Assembly (NCBI GenBank): GCA_951406725.2
Contig: OX597832.1
Span: 62,372,001 to 62,436,000 of the forward strand
Reading direction: 5' to 3'
DNA: 64,000 nt
DNA from: Octopus vulgaris
Taxonomy: Eukaryota
The notes under the pieces were generated by a model, which was given only the letters and a program-made list of their open reading frames with translations, searched no databases and was not told the origin of the DNA. Both the position numbers and the translations under genes were made by a program. Below are positions 13,029-26,998 of the stretch, one piece after another; position 1 is the first letter of the stretch; each line of letters starts with the position of its first letter.

Positions 13029-13747
13029 CATATATATATATATACATATATGTATATACATATATATATATACACATATATATATATATATCCGTCTATT
13101 TATATATATATATCAATACACACACACACACACACACATACACACACACAGATATACATAAATGTCGAACAATGAAGATAAGAACTCAATACTGCATTGG
13201 TGGATAAAGTTTCTTTATTTGTGTATTGTATTAAGGCTACCATTATTTTCATGCTATGAATATATCTTTATATCTCATTTTTTTCAAGCCGATCACATGG
13301 AGGAATTATGTCCGTCACTGTAGGTATAAGTATTTATATGTGTACCTAGTAGTTAACGTACAAAGTACGTTCACAGCCTATGGATTTCTGATTTCATCCA
13401 CGATATTTACTCAATTGTCACTGGATCTAACTCAAAAATTCTTCACTGTCTGTTGGGCACATAGCAAATGATAGAGATGGAACATGGAATATAGGGCGAT
13501 CTTGACCAACAGCTTATATCTATGGTCTCTAATAACAGACTGTATTAAACCGAGCAAAACAGGGTTTATTTAACGATATACCCCTCGTAACATAGCCCGA
13601 TGGGACACTTCGGCATCGAAGGATGCACTACAACCAGTTGAACAGTAACCCACCTGCGACAGATATATGCAGGATGGGTCGAAACGATTATCGTGAGCAA
13701 TACATTTTCTCGTACTTCTTATCATCCGTCTCTATCATTTGTGATAT

Positions 13748-13829
<82 letters not shown>

Positions 13830-13877
13830 AAACAAGTCAAAAATAGAAAATGCTAAGATAATTTTATAGTGAATCTT

Positions 13878-13917
13878 TCAGTACCGGTTCCGGTCATTTT
13901 GAGACCTTTTCAACTGT
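13878..13917 (-). ncRNA. Putative variant minimal hammerhead (U3-A8 core) in PLE 3' end
   Basis: cag-TTGAAAA-ggtc(tcaaaat)gacc-GGAA-ccgg-TA-ctg. This copy has one substitution in GAAA. Confidence 0.5.
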
Positions 13918-14528
13918 AACGATTAAATAATTAAATTTAGAAAAATTAGAAAAGTTTTTTTAAGGGAATATTTCTATAGTAGTGTTCAGATATAAGTGGC
14001 ATTCTGCCTTTCTCTGACTCCCTTGTTTGCACTTGTGTGTTCGAGGTCGTTGTGAGTTCTTGGTAGGGTAGGAGAAGCAGAAGGCTGATGTGGAGAGGGG
14101 GTGGGGAAATCTGGGAATGCCTTGATGGTCGTATTTTGAATGGTCAGTGGCGGACAGCAGTCGCAGTTCAATTCAGGAATTGTTTATGGAATTTGCGTAG
14201 GCGTTATACTGAAAGGCATTAGTGACAAGGTTAAGGGGTAGAAGGTGGAGAAGTAGAAGAAGAAGAAGATGACGATGTTGATGATGATGATGATGAAGAA
14301 GAAGAAGAAGAAGAAGAAGAAGGAGAAGGAGAAGATGATGATGATGACGACGATGATGATGATGATAATGATGATGATGAAGAAGAAGAGGAAGAAAAAG
14401 AAAAAAACAGAGAAGGGAGAATATGAATGGGTGAAAGTATAGCTGTGATGGGGCTGATTAGTAATGGATTCTATGGAATGTAATATTTGTGTGTGTATAT
14501 ATTTCTTTTATTCTAAAGTTGAGGTATA

Positions 14529-15491
14529 TTAATTGTTTGTCGTAGACCCGTTAAGAAGTGGCCTGTATTTTGTAATAAAGAGATTTTCTTTACTTATTCG
14601 TTGTCTCGAGGTTGTATCGTCCCTAAATTGGTAGAGGGGGAAAATCCTGAAGTTTGGTGTTTTTTTGTTGGCGCAAGTATCTATGTGTTGGCTAAAAGCT
14701 ATTTTTCTGTTTTGGGGAATTTTTATCTGGGATCTGTGCAGGGCCATTCGTTTACGCAAACCATTTTTTGTTTGGCCTATGTACTGCTCTTGACACCCGG
14801 AGCAGGTTAGTGAGTATATTAGGTTCTCCGAAGCACATGTGAAGTTGCTTTTCACTGTAAACCGTTGTCCCTGTTTGAAGGAGAACTCTGATCCCTCAAT
14901 TAGATAGTCGCATATCCCGCAATTGGGTCTTCCACATTTTTTTACTGTCGGCTTCTGTGTTGAAGAGTGAATTCGGGCTTGTGTTAGGAGACTTTTCATG
15001 GATCTAGGCTGTCTTTTGCTTTTTATGATCGTGTGTGTTTGGAGGATTGTGTTCATTCTGTGGTCTTCTTTTAGGAGGGGTATGTTGTGGAGTATGTTGC
15101 CGAAGGCTTCGTTATTGAGAGGGTTGTGTGTGGAGATGTATGGTAAGGCTTTTGGTTGTAAGTTTTTCTTTGATTTGGGATGTCTCAGTTCCTTGATGCT
15201 AAGTTGAAGGGCACGTTGAATGCACTTGTCAATAAGTGAAGGTGGATAGTTCCTGGTGATAAGGGTATCTTTTAGTTCTTGTAGTCGTGTGTCTCTGGTG
15301 TTTGCGTTAGAGACTATAGTGCATATCCTTTTTGCTAGATTGAAGGGGATATTCATCCTGGTGTGTCTGGGGTGGCATGAATTGAATGGAAGATATTGCT
15401 TAGAGTCTGTAGGGTTATAGTATATGTCTGTTTCTATTATATTATTAGCTTTCTTAATGAGGATATCGAGGAAGGGGAGTTGTTGCTGGCT
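14529..15491 (-). CDS. PLE reverse transcriptase C-terminus/thumb plus GIY-YIG endonuclease (partial, open frame)
   Basis: The frame extends upstream of the listed ORF as LPFLDILIKK...TDIYYNPTDSKQYLPFNSCHP. It contains C..PNCGIC and NLIYSLTCSGCQEQYIGQT...R...H, and ends YRPLLN. Confidence 0.92.
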   Translation of the reverse strand, partial: SQQQLPFLDILIKKANNIIETDIYYNPTDSKQYLPFNSCHPRHTRMNIPFNLAKRICTIVSNANTRDTRLQELKDTLITRNYPPSLIDKCIQRALQLSIKELRHPKSKKNLQPKALPYISTHNPLNNEAFGNILHNIPLLKEDHRMNTILQTHTIIKSKRQPRSMKSLLTQARIHSSTQKPTVKKCGRPNCGICDYLIEGSEFSFKQGQRFTVKSNFTCASENLIYSLTCSGCQEQYIGQTKNGLRKRMALHRSQIKIPQNRKIAFSQHIDTCANKKTPNFRIFPLYQFRDDTTSRQRISKENLFITKYRPLLNGSTTNN

Positions 15492-15546
15492 ATATTATAT
15501 GTATTATATATATATATATTATTATTATTATTATATATATATATAT

Positions 15547-15791
15547 CAATAATAATAAAGGTTAAAATTAATTAATTAATAATCAATATTCGGTATGTTA
15601 AAAGAATCATTATCGGTAAACTTAAACAAAATTTTTTATAATTATGAGTATAATTATAATTAAGGTTCACCAAAATATTTGCTTCACGGAATTTAGAAAT
15701 AGCTAGTTTTGGCTGCTATTTCTAAATTCCGGTATGTGGTGAAGCAAATTTTTTGCTGAACCCTAATTATAGTTATACTCATAATTATAAA
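15547..15791. mobile_element. Foldback fragment of the AT-rich HHR repeat family (GAATTTAGAAATAGC / CGGTATGTGGTGA)
   Basis: 15635-15705 and 15717-15791 are inverted copies. The motif is shared with the elements at 35791-36410, 43828-44465 and 61861-62780. Confidence 0.75.
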
Positions 15792-15798
15792 TAAATAA

Positions 15799-15877
<79 letters not shown>

Positions 15878-15887
15878 TGTGTGTGTA

Positions 15888-16330
15888 TACAGAGTGACCC
15901 CACCCAAAAAAGACAGAACCCATAAAAATTTCATTAAATTCTACAAAGTTCCAGCAAATTTCTTGAAATTTGGTGGGCTTAAACTTCGGTCTCTGTACAA
16001 TCATTCTCTTTGCGTAAAAGTCATGTTCTTTTCAAAATATGCTCCAAATGGCATACTTCGCGCAAAATTGTCAATTGCTCGAACACTTTCTTATTTGGGG
16101 ATTTCTCAGATTTCTGCTGTGACTGCTACCCTCAATTCACCACTCGTTCGTCCCTGTTTCTCCAATTTAATTCTCACTATATTATGGGCATATGAGCAGA
16201 GGTCGACATTTTTTGGGATTGTGAAGTCCATGTTTCTGCTCACTTTCAATTCCTTCACAATTCTACGCTTTTTGGTCATGACATGTTGACTTATTTCCCA
16301 TATCCCCCAATGGAGGCCTCCTCAGTTTGT
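15888..16330 (-). mobile_element. Degenerate Tc1/mariner-like transposon 3' end
   Basis: Terminus TACAGAGTGACCC. The minus strand gives LRVAVTAEI*EIPK*ESVRAIDNFAR, like a transposase C-terminal helix. Confidence 0.5.
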
Positions 16331-16767
16331 TACGTGTATTATTTTTCGTCTTTGTTAGATGTCTCTTGAGATCTGTTGACTGTTTTCGGTTGTTGACGAT
16401 CTATGATTTTTTAAAATTATTTGTGAGGATTTGATGAGTAGTGTACAATTGGGAGGCATCGCATGGCTGAATGTTGGATGCTATGCTTCCTAGGATTACG
16501 GCTGACTTCAAATGGAATATTTATCTTCGTATCTTTGCATTTTCGTTTTCGCCCTTAGCATAAGTATTTCTTCGTCAATTGTATATCAGGATTTCTTTTG
16601 CTTTGGTTATGGCATGATGTATTAAATCTTTGGACTATTTCTATTTTTGTATGAACATATTCAGTCTCCCAGTCGTTCCTCTCGTCTATTGATATCTGTA
16701 ACTATTGAGCATATACCTCTAGATATAGATACATACATATGTACGTATGTGTTATTGTATGTTTATA

Positions 16768-17616
16768 CGAGGAAGTACCCAAAAGAACCCGGAATTTTGT
16801 AATATTATTTTATCCACTTAGTTTTACATGTTTACATTTTTATCACCTCAAAGTATTCTCCATTTGAAGCAATGCATCAGTCCATCGTTCGAAGCAGTGC
16901 TGGAACTCTTGCGAAATGATGCCTTTTAACGCCTCTATCATTTTATTCTTCCCCTTTTCCACATTTGAGAATTCTGAAGCACCAGTTTTCATCACCAGTA
17001 ATGACCTTTGAAAAATGTTCCGGATCAACTACCAACGGTTCTTTCAGTTCACGACACGCATTAATTCGTAACTGCTTTGATCTTCCCAGATCAAGCGAGA
17101 AACATATTTTGCTGCAACTCTTTTCATTTCGAAGTCCTCGCTCTAAAATTCATTGGCAGGAGCCGCAGGACACACCAGTCATATCAACAAATCTGTCAAT
17201 TGTTCCGTGACGGTTATCTAAGATCAGTTCATGAATTTTCATGTTTTCATACGTTCGGGAGGTCACCGTTTATCCTACAGCGTGAAACTCACTCGAAAAC
17301 TTGTGTTTTGCTCACGACAGCGTCCTTGTAAGCTGTTTGAGGCATAACAACTGCTTCTACCGCCGTTTTCCTCAGCAGAAAGCAAACTTTCACGGAAGTA
17401 CTGTGTTCCTTCGTTTCAACATCGGAAAATCGACGAAGAGGGAAGAAGCACTTCCAAAGAAAGACGTACTACGTAGCGGTACGACCGTAACAGACGACGC
17501 CGGTCAACAGACTGTTGCCTGAGGGTCGCATCAAGTGGCTTCTAGCAGCAGAAGCCAGAACTAAAACGGGTTTGTCACACAGAGAACGTTTCTGGTTACT
17601 TTTGATTAACACGTCG
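16768..17616 (-). mobile_element. Internally deleted mariner
   Basis: Imperfect TIRs TA-CGAGGAAGTACCCAAAAGAACCCGGAA / TTCTGGTTACTTTTGATTAACACGTCG-TA. Remnants of the ITGDE and FQHCFERW motifs. Confidence 0.8.
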
Positions 17617-18825
17617 TATGTGTATAATTTGTACTTGCATGTATATATTTACCTTCAGACGCGTATATTCTTAAATATTCACATAAGTACAAGTCGTACC
17701 CGTATGTCCACACTCACATAGATATAATTATGGAACTTTGCAAAGGTTGTACCTTTCAACTACAGGTGCAATCCAGCCCGCGAGATTCTGCACAGTTTCC
17801 ACCAACCCTATTTCACACAATGTTTGGTCGGCGCGACTCTAAGAAAAATGATGCACGACAGTTGGGTCGAAACCTGAACACCGCCATCAGAAGGTCTTTA
17901 TTGTGCTCAGATATATCCATAGATGTGTGTAGAACTGCTTTGAACTAGGAGAACTATAAGACTCTGGTCCTATTAATGGACACATTAAAATGAGGTGGTG
18001 TGTGTTAACGAAACAAAATATACAACAATTTCAGAATGGTACCTTCAATTTTATCGTCGAATTCTCCCTATGGGTCAGTACTTCTTCATCGTTCGGTGAA
18101 TTTGGTTATTTCATTCATAAATTTTATTGGTTACAGACATTAAATATGCAACGACGAATATACAGAAGGAAAAAAAATAACACAAACTTACCGTCGACTG
18201 CTTGTCAAGCACCGAATCAACAGGGTACAATAAGTTTGCAATAAAAATTATACAACACACCATAAAGTAAGTGAGTTAATGGCTTTTGTATAAGGATAAA
18301 TGTATAGATTTGTACTAAAACAATACTAGATGAAAATTATTTTCCATCAACATTAAATATATATTCTTCTACCAAGTCTAACTTCGTGTTATTTTGAGTG
18401 AGTTTATATGAAGGATATTTATTTGTCAAAGTCAGCAAATCGTTTAATGTTATGGACCGTTGAATATGAGGTGGCTTAATATTCTTTATTCATGAGCTTC
18501 GATGCAGCTGTATGAATTGCATAAGTCAGACCTTTAACCCTGCGGAGTATCTGTAAACAGACAACTCTATAAAGTTTAATCATGAGTTATGTATTTGTTG
18601 CGTATGTCAGGGACATACATAGCGTAGAAAGATACACGTGCGTCTTTATTTTGGATATATATTTGCCTGACAAGCAACTTGATCTCAGACCGCTCGGAAA
18701 ACACGTTAGACATTTTAAAATATGATGATTTTTAATAATATTTGTATGTGCATATACCTAAATCTAAATGTACATATGCAAATATGTATATAATTCGTAT
18801 ACATACCGTAGATACATACATACAT

Positions 18826-19640
18826 ACGGTCACTTGGACAGCCACTGTCACTAGCTATGCCGATGATACAAAATTATCGCAGGCAATAAAAAACCAAAAT
18901 GACGTTGCAACCTTACAGCGGGACCTAAATTCGATATACAATTGGTTCGAAATAAACAATATGTAGTTAAATGCACGAATATTTCAAGCACTGCTCTATC
19001 AACGCACAAATACAGTACTATCTGCATATATAGGACCCGAAGGCACTACCATCCCACAACTATTGGCAGTGGATGAGTTGTGGATAAGCATGTTTAATGT
19101 CGCATCCTTTTATATGCACATTACCAAGATGGCAGCAAAATGCAGACAATTATCAGGTGGGTTAATGAGACCAAGAAACTATACTGACTCTGTGAAGAAC
19201 CCTTGTTCTCAGCCGCCAGGGCTAGTGCTCCCAGCTATAGTTACCACATAGTGCTAAACTAACAGCGGACCTTGAAGCAATCCAACGTCGCTACACTAAA
19301 TAGATTGAAACAGTGGAGCGGATGAGGTGCAGGGATAGGATGAGAAAACTGTTAATTTATTCCCTGGTGCGAAGGCGTGCGAGATATGCAATAATCTACG
19401 TATGGAAAACTCTATAAGGACTGGTAACGAAACTTGACATTGAGGGTTATACAAATACCAGAACTGGCCTCCATTAGATTGAACCAAAGATACAGTCCAA
19501 CCCATCTAAATTCAGGACCAAATAATGCTAAAGTCTACGGTTCAAAGGCCCATAAAAGTTAAGAAATCTGTATAAAGTGGAAGCAGATGTCTTCAAAAAG
19601 AACCAGACATCATTCTCTCCAAAATACTGGATGAATTTTG
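18826..19640 (+). mobile_element. Degenerate CR1/L2-group LINE fragment related to 30141-31706
   Basis: SYADDTKLSQAIKN...LQRDLNSIYNW. Shares AACAGCGGACCTTGAAGCAATCCA with the intact copy. Stops and frameshifts present. Confidence 0.85.
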
Positions 19641-19840
19641 AACAGCACGAAATGAGATGCAGACGAGGGCAGCTGTATCGAACCACCTTATACTCGAAAT
19701 GGGCCAACAGATGGAGCAAAGGCATATACAGGAGTGGTGATGTGAAGCACACCAGACTGAGGAAATCAAAAAGACCACGGTGATGCTCTAGCTTGAACGC
19801 AGACGAATGACTGAAACGAGTAAAAGGATAAAAGAATACG

Positions 19841-19895
<55 letters not shown>

Positions 19896-19912
19896 ATATA
19901 TGTATGTATGTA

Positions 19913-19947
<35 letters not shown>

Positions 19948-20016
19948 ATATGTATACACTAAGAAAAAGCGAGGGGGACAATTTCGATTATCCCCACGTG
20001 GTGAGTTGCAATGAAT

Positions 20017-20054
<38 letters not shown>

Positions 20055-20646
20055 TTTGATGTATATACATACATATATATAGACATACACATGCATATAT
20101 GGGTACAGGACGTCATATATATATATATATGTGTATGTGTATACAGATATATGCATATATATGTATATATATATATATAGGTGTGTGTATGTATATATAT
20201 ATATACATATATATACACATATATATGCAAATGTATCTATTTCGTTTATTATCCCGATTTTGCCGCGTGCTTATGTGATATTTAAGGTAGTTCACGGCTA
20301 TTTGGCGTCTTTCTTTAGCATGTGGTTAAGACTGTGTACTTACCCTCTTGCTATTAATATAAATTTTAAAAATTTTACTCAAACTAGTTATTACATGATA
20401 ACTACACAAATAAAATAATATTTTATATTAAATTTAATATATATTACATATGTATATGTGTGTGTGTGTGAGCCTGTGTGTGTGTATGTATGTATGTATG
20501 CATGTATGTATTACTGTATAATAATATATTTATTTTCCCATTTATAGCAGCAATTTTTAAATACAAACAAATAACCGAAAAATGATTAGCTAACTTCAGG
20601 GAGAATCGAACCCACACAACAACGCTTACACGTAAATACATACATA

Positions 20647-20716
<70 letters not shown>

Positions 20717-20718
<2 letters not shown>

Positions 20719-20912
20719 TTTTACTTGTTTACGTCATTTGACTGCGGCCATACTGGAGGAACACCACCTTTAGTCGAACAAATCAATCCCAGGATTTATT
20801 CTTTATAAGCCTAGTACGTATTCTTTCGGGCCCCCTTTGCCGGAGCGCTAAGTTACAGGAACGTAAACACACGGATATTGGTTGTCAAACGATGATGGAG
20901 AGACAAACACAG
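20717..20912 (-). mobile_element. SINE family 2, 3' half
   Basis: Reverse complement of the tail of 33827-34243 (GTCATTTGACTGCGGCCAT...TTTAGTCGA). Confidence 0.8.
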
Positions 20913-20920
20913 AATCACAA

Positions 20921-21023
<103 letters not shown>

Positions 21024-22556
21024 TGTATGTGTGCGTGTATGAGTATGCAGATAATGCATGTGCGAACGCACGTATATTCACTGATTAAATAGTGTCCTAA
21101 TTACATCGATAGTCGGAATAAAAGACAGGATGATTACGAGTGGAACGTCATTGACTGTAAGTTTCTTGAATCGGAAATAACCATTTGACTGACAAGTGTA
21201 TCCCATGTGATGCACAAGACGGACTTCCCTGTACTTCATACATGGTACGTATTCCCAAATCCTTTTCCGTCACTAGATTAACTTATGACTTACGAAAGAA
21301 AATCTTTAGGTTACACGCAAAGTATGAAACAAGGGCGAACTAAAAATCTGAACACAAGCGTGCTCGTTTAGTACAAACTTATGAAAATGCTTTAGACAGG
21401 CAAAGGTTTAAAAGCAAATGAAATCACCATCGACAACAAAAACAACAACATCAACATCAACATCATCTACCAGTGTTAGTTAATGAAAAGCATCCCGTGC
21501 AGTATAGACTCCATAGTGAAGGTTCTGTTTCCCATGTTATAACACGAGACGGTTATTGTTGTGGATCACGTGATGCTTTGCTGTACAAGAATGCTTCGAT
21601 ATTTAAACGGCATTACGTTAAGGCGTCCATTCATTTGTTCAGTTGGAGGTTTTCTCGTGAAATCAATAAAGAGAATTAGTCTTTTTGGTTGATACAGGAA
21701 AGTTTAATAATAAAAGTTTTCTTAACTGTCCATAGTGTTGTTTCATTAGCGAACGAAACAGATTTCTTTAATACCCGAGAGATTTTCAACAGAACGTAAT
21801 GTCGCCTTACCATTTCTGTTACTTCCGACCCAATCACTTATGCCATTCTTTGTGGCATTTGATAATATATGCATCACTTCACAGAATAAGAATCTATAAA
21901 TTGATTATTTTTATCGTTTTCTTCGACAGAACTTGTTTGTTGGTAGTAAGTGCAAATCTCAATATCTGTCATTAATTATTATACTGAACTAGAATAGAGA
22001 TGTTATATGTCTTTTCGTAGAAGAGGAAACAAGTTTGTCAGTCAAAGATATTAAGTATAATGCCATAGATTGGATTGATAACAAACTTTATATACACTTA
22101 TATCAATAACGCGAACGTGTTGCTCTCCAAGAGAGACATCTAGACAAGTGTCAATTCTTGGCTGCCATATCAACGCACTTGAATTTCATTCGTCTGCATT
22201 TTATTACAGCAAAATAGATATATATTTGCATAGAGACAGAAGGCGCTTTTGATAAATTAATTGTAGGACAGAATTTATTTCTTGCTGTTTTAAGGAATGA
22301 ACGTTTCGGTAATATAGCAGGCAAGTTAGATTCAACATAATTAATCACAGAAAACTTTCAGAAATTCTTATAAGTGATAGCTGTTCGTAGCAATATCGAG
22401 AAGTGGGAGAACGTCTCTTGCTATTTTTCGAATAAACATTAATGGCTTGGAGATGTTGAGCGGAAGGCTGCAAGCATTTTATATGCTGAGTACTATAGCT
22501 TTAAAACGAAGCATTTAAGCAGGAAATAGTTTGTTTACCGCGGACCTATGTATATA

Positions 22557-23842
22557 CGAGGGGCGTTCAATAAGTAATGCCCCTGACACACTTCCCATAA
22601 TAGTAGAGCAACGAAACTTGGCACAGTTATTAGTCCTTTTCTACATAGGAAGCACCCAGAGTTACGCATTTCTCCCATCATTTGATGCAGCTCTGGAGCC
22701 CGTTTCTGTAGAAGACCCCAGCTTGGTCCTCCAACCACGACGTGACTTCAGAAATCAAGGCTGCATCATCTGGGAAACGCTTTCCTTTCAAAAACAACTT
22801 CATGGCTGGGAAGAGGTGAAAATGAGAGGGTGCAAGGTCAGGAGAGTAGGGGGGATGGGGGAGGAGTTCATAGCCGCACGCCTGTGCTTCTGATCTGGCG
22901 ACACGCGAGTTGTGGACCGGAGCGTTGTCCTAAAGGAGGAGGATGCCTTTGCTGATCTTGCCCCACCTCTTGATTTTGATAGCTTCGCTTAATTTCCTCA
23001 AAAGTGAAGCATAATAGGCTCCTGCAATTGTGGTACCCTTTGCCAGGAAATCTGTCATCACTACTCCGTCCTGGTCCCAGAAGACTGTGAGCATGGCCTT
23101 GCCAGCGGAGGGCTGCACCCTTGCCTTCTTTGGAGGAGGTGAGTCACGGTGCTTCCACTGCATTGACTGGGCTTTGGTCTCTGGATCATAGTGATGGACT
23201 CAGGTTTCATCCTGTGTAATTAGTCTTTTGAAAAATTTTGACTCATCTTCTTGGCACAAATTCATCCTCGAGCACTCGACGCGTTCTTGCTTCTGGAAAG
23301 GTGTGAGCAACCTGGGAATCCATCTGGCAGACACCTTTTGCATATGAAAATGGTCATGAATGATAGTTTCCACAGACCCGGAACTAATCTTGACCTCATG
23401 GGCTATTTGGCGAATAGTTATGCGTCGATCTTCCAAAATGGCAGCCTCAACTTGACGGACAAATGCCTCATCAATGGCAGAAGGGGGGCGACCAGATCTG
23501 GGAGCTGTTTCCACAGAGTTCCGACCATGTTTGAATGCATGATGCCAGCGTTTTACAACGTCATAGGATGGGGCATCATCACCAAAAGTTACTTTCATTT
23601 CATCAAAAGTCTCCCGTGGTGTGCGTCCTTTCAAATACAAAAACTGGATCACTGCTCGACACTCAACAGGCTCCATTTCACACTTGACTCAGTTCAAACA
23701 CCTGTAAATCAGAAACCACAATTAGTACAGAGCTGTAATTTACAACGTAATCTGTAGAGATATGGATAATTGCACATGCTAAATTTCAGCTAGATCAAAC
23801 AAATGCAAGTGGGTCAGGGGCATTACTTATTGAGCGTCCCTC

Positions 23843-23843
<1 letters not shown>
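22557..23843 (-). mobile_element. Full-length mariner transposon (about 1.29 kb)
   Basis: TIRs CGAGGGGCGTTCAATAAGTAATGCCCCTGAC / GTCAGGGGCATTACTTATTGAGCGTCCCTCG, with TA on both sides. Confidence 0.97.
22630..23676 (-). pseudogene. Mariner DD34D transposase, single frame with three premature stops
   Basis: MEPVECRAVIQFL...WIPRLL...ITQDET*...ILLL*DNAPVH...HPPYSPDLAPS...CIK*WEKC...YVEKD. No frameshift between 23676 and 22630. Confidence 0.92.
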
Positions 23844-23898
<55 letters not shown>

Positions 23899-24234
23899 AT
23901 ACTACTTTTCAAACTGAGGCTGTCCATATGTTGGCGCTAAGCAATTAAGAACGCCAGCAGATTTCAAGATAGCGAACTAGAAGGATGTTTCTAAGGATTA
24001 AGATGTGCTGCGGAAGGCAAGAAATTTTGTCAAAACGAGAAACTGGTCCACATATATACCTGTTCCATTAAATATATAGCTTGTGCTATATATGTGAGAG
24101 ATCTTTTTCGGTTCGCTCGCCCATATACTGTTGTATCTGTCGTTTTCAGTATGATTTTTGGGTGGTCCAAACGAGTTTTAACTCTTATTTCTTGCGGATC
24201 GACACTTCATTAATTCATTGATTAATATAATATG

Positions 24235-24520
<286 letters not shown>

Positions 24521-24522
24521 AG

Positions 24523-24566
<44 letters not shown>

Positions 24567-25072
24567 TGATAGTAATGGTAAGACAACAAAAGAATGATAG
24601 AGTCCTCGATATTATATGCGCATACGGGGTTGCTATGAGCATTTTTACACCTTTATTTTTATAGTCTTTCTGCATTGTATTTTACACATTTTTCTGTATT
24701 TTGCCTTTCACCCTGTTTTTTATCTTGTGTATGGACGTATATGGACGTGTATAGGAACTCTTTTGTGCGCGCGTGTATGTGTGTTTGTGAGCATGTGTGC
24801 GGGCATGTATATATTTTGTTGCGAATGTGTGAATGAGCATGTGTGTGCTTCAAGCGAGGGTGGACAAGCATATGCATGTAGGCACATGTACGTGGGTGTG
24901 CGGGTGCCTATGTGTATGAATGGACATGCACGCTTACGCAATTACTATGAGTATTTTCACTCCCTCCCCTTATTTAGTGGTCATTCTAATAGCTCTTTTG
25001 TCTTAATAACGGTCAATCACATAGTAATTACTCTTTGTTTAACGGTCATTATCTTAGTATCTTTTGATGGCC

Positions 25073-25135
25073 TGATAATTGAAGAGATGCCGGTGCGGGT
25101 TTCCTCCCCGAAATCCGAAACTCGGAGTTTTATCA
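25073..25135 (+). ncRNA. Type I hammerhead-like motif (diverged copy)
   Basis: tgataa-TTGAAGA-gatgccgg...ccgaaatc-c-GAAA-ctc(g)gag-TT-ttatca. Paralogous to 35642-35700. Confidence 0.55.
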
Positions 25136-25173
25136 TGGCTACTAAATAACTGTCACATATTATATTTACATAT

Positions 25174-25304
<131 letters not shown>

Positions 25305-26913
25305 TTTTCGTTCTTTGGAATTTTTTTAGGGTTATATAGTTCTTTGCAGGATGTGAATGATATTTAGGTGTGCAGCAGACAGAAAAGGGAATTGGTTGTG
25401 TAGGAACTGAGTGAATGGAGAAACCAGAAAGAACCAAAGAGACCACAGTTCGCACAGTTTCTTTCTACAGATGTGGTGCGCAACATCACGATGTTTTGAC
25501 ACAAGAAAAATGGTTGAGGTTGAACCCGCAACCATACAATTGCAAAACGAATTTATTAGACACATAGCTATGTATTCGCCAATAGATAAAATGATGTTGA
25601 TTGTTTTGCCACTAGTATCCGTTGCAACAATGCAGTTGAGATATGAACGATAAGAAAAAAAATGTATGCGAGAAGATATGACAAACAGTTGGCCATCTCC
25701 AGGTATCTAAACAGCTGCGAACAAATATATTTAGAAAGTAGCATTAAAAACACAATCTAGAAATAATAGACGTCGACATAGTTAAGTTGTTGGACTTGAA
25801 AATACGGAAGTTCTTTAAATACAAAGACTTCACAGAAGACATAAAAAGAAATCAGACACATCCAAAAGCGAATCAGCTGGAAGCTCAAATTCACATCTTA
25901 GAAAATATATATTTCATGGGCCAGCATTATACAATAGCAATAAAGTTTATCATGCTCTGGTGAAGGACAGATGTATGAATATAATTGCGTATATATATTT
26001 GAGCTAGAAAAAATTATCTACACTTAGTGAAATGAAAGATGAAATATAATACGTGAGGTAAATTTTATAGTATATACTTCAATATTCTTTTCGCAACATA
26101 TTTAGTTTAAGTTACAAATGTACGTATGTATGGTTGTATGTATATATAAATATATACATGTATGTATGTATGATTGTATGTATGTATATATGCATGAATG
26201 TTTATATGTATGTAAGTATGAATGTATGTATTTTTGCACGTATATATGAATTTATGTATTTATGCATATATGTATGTATGAATGTATGTATGTATGTATG
26301 TATGTATGTATGTATGTATGAATATACATATATATATATATATATACACGCATGCGTGCGCACACATACGCGTACACACACACATACATATATATATTTA
26401 TTTAGAGAGAGAGATGAGTAAGAAAGAGTGAGGGAGATGGGTGAAAAACAGTGAGAGAGAGAGAGAAAGTGAGAGAGAGTAAGTCCACCTGTGTTAAGGC
26501 AGCTGCTGTATTCCGTTTCCAAATGCAGACGACGATATCTCGTCCGGTGGTGAAGCAGCTCTATATGTATTTAGGACTCATCTACCACAAAACCAAAACT
26601 CACTGAGGGTAGGAGACAAGATCCTGCAGTGTAGGAGACAAGATCCTGCAGAGTAGCACGAGCTTTTCTCATTCAAATATTTAACTCCGGGCCAGATGTT
26701 TCTACCATTCTGAACGCTCGACTTCACTGCTTTACTCGTCTTCTTCCTCGAGCGATGTAGTGATTTGCGTTCTTAATGGCTTCCGAAAATTTTCCGCTAA
26801 CATGAAAGTTTGATCAAGACACGTAAGCATTGAATGACCCCTCTATCCAACAAATCCTTTAACCTCTATATGTACAGGAAGCCAGTTTGCCGGCCATCTA
26901 TTATTTTCATCCC

Positions 26914-26998
<85 letters not shown>

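Larger units (their letters stand above)
13825..15491 (-). mobile_element. Penelope-like element, 5'-truncated
   Basis: RT thumb plus GIY-YIG ORF, then a 3' non-coding region with (GAT/GAA)n and an HHR-like motif. Bounded by (TA)n. Confidence 0.9.

Noticed and set aside
18185-18245. Strong minus-strand donor GGTAAGT and possible 6-nt microexon
   Set aside because: Acceptor context is poor, and such matches are expected by chance in 64 kb.
22630-23676. Active or domesticated (SETMAR-like) transposase, or stop read-through by RNA editing
   Set aside because: Three stops fit ordinary transition mutations (W, Q, R codons), the TIRs are intact, there is no SET domain, and editing would not restore Q or R.
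26598-26652. 22-bp tandem duplication creating twin CTGCAG acceptors before GTGAGT (minus)
   Set aside because: No recognisable peptide. More simply explained as a local slippage duplication.
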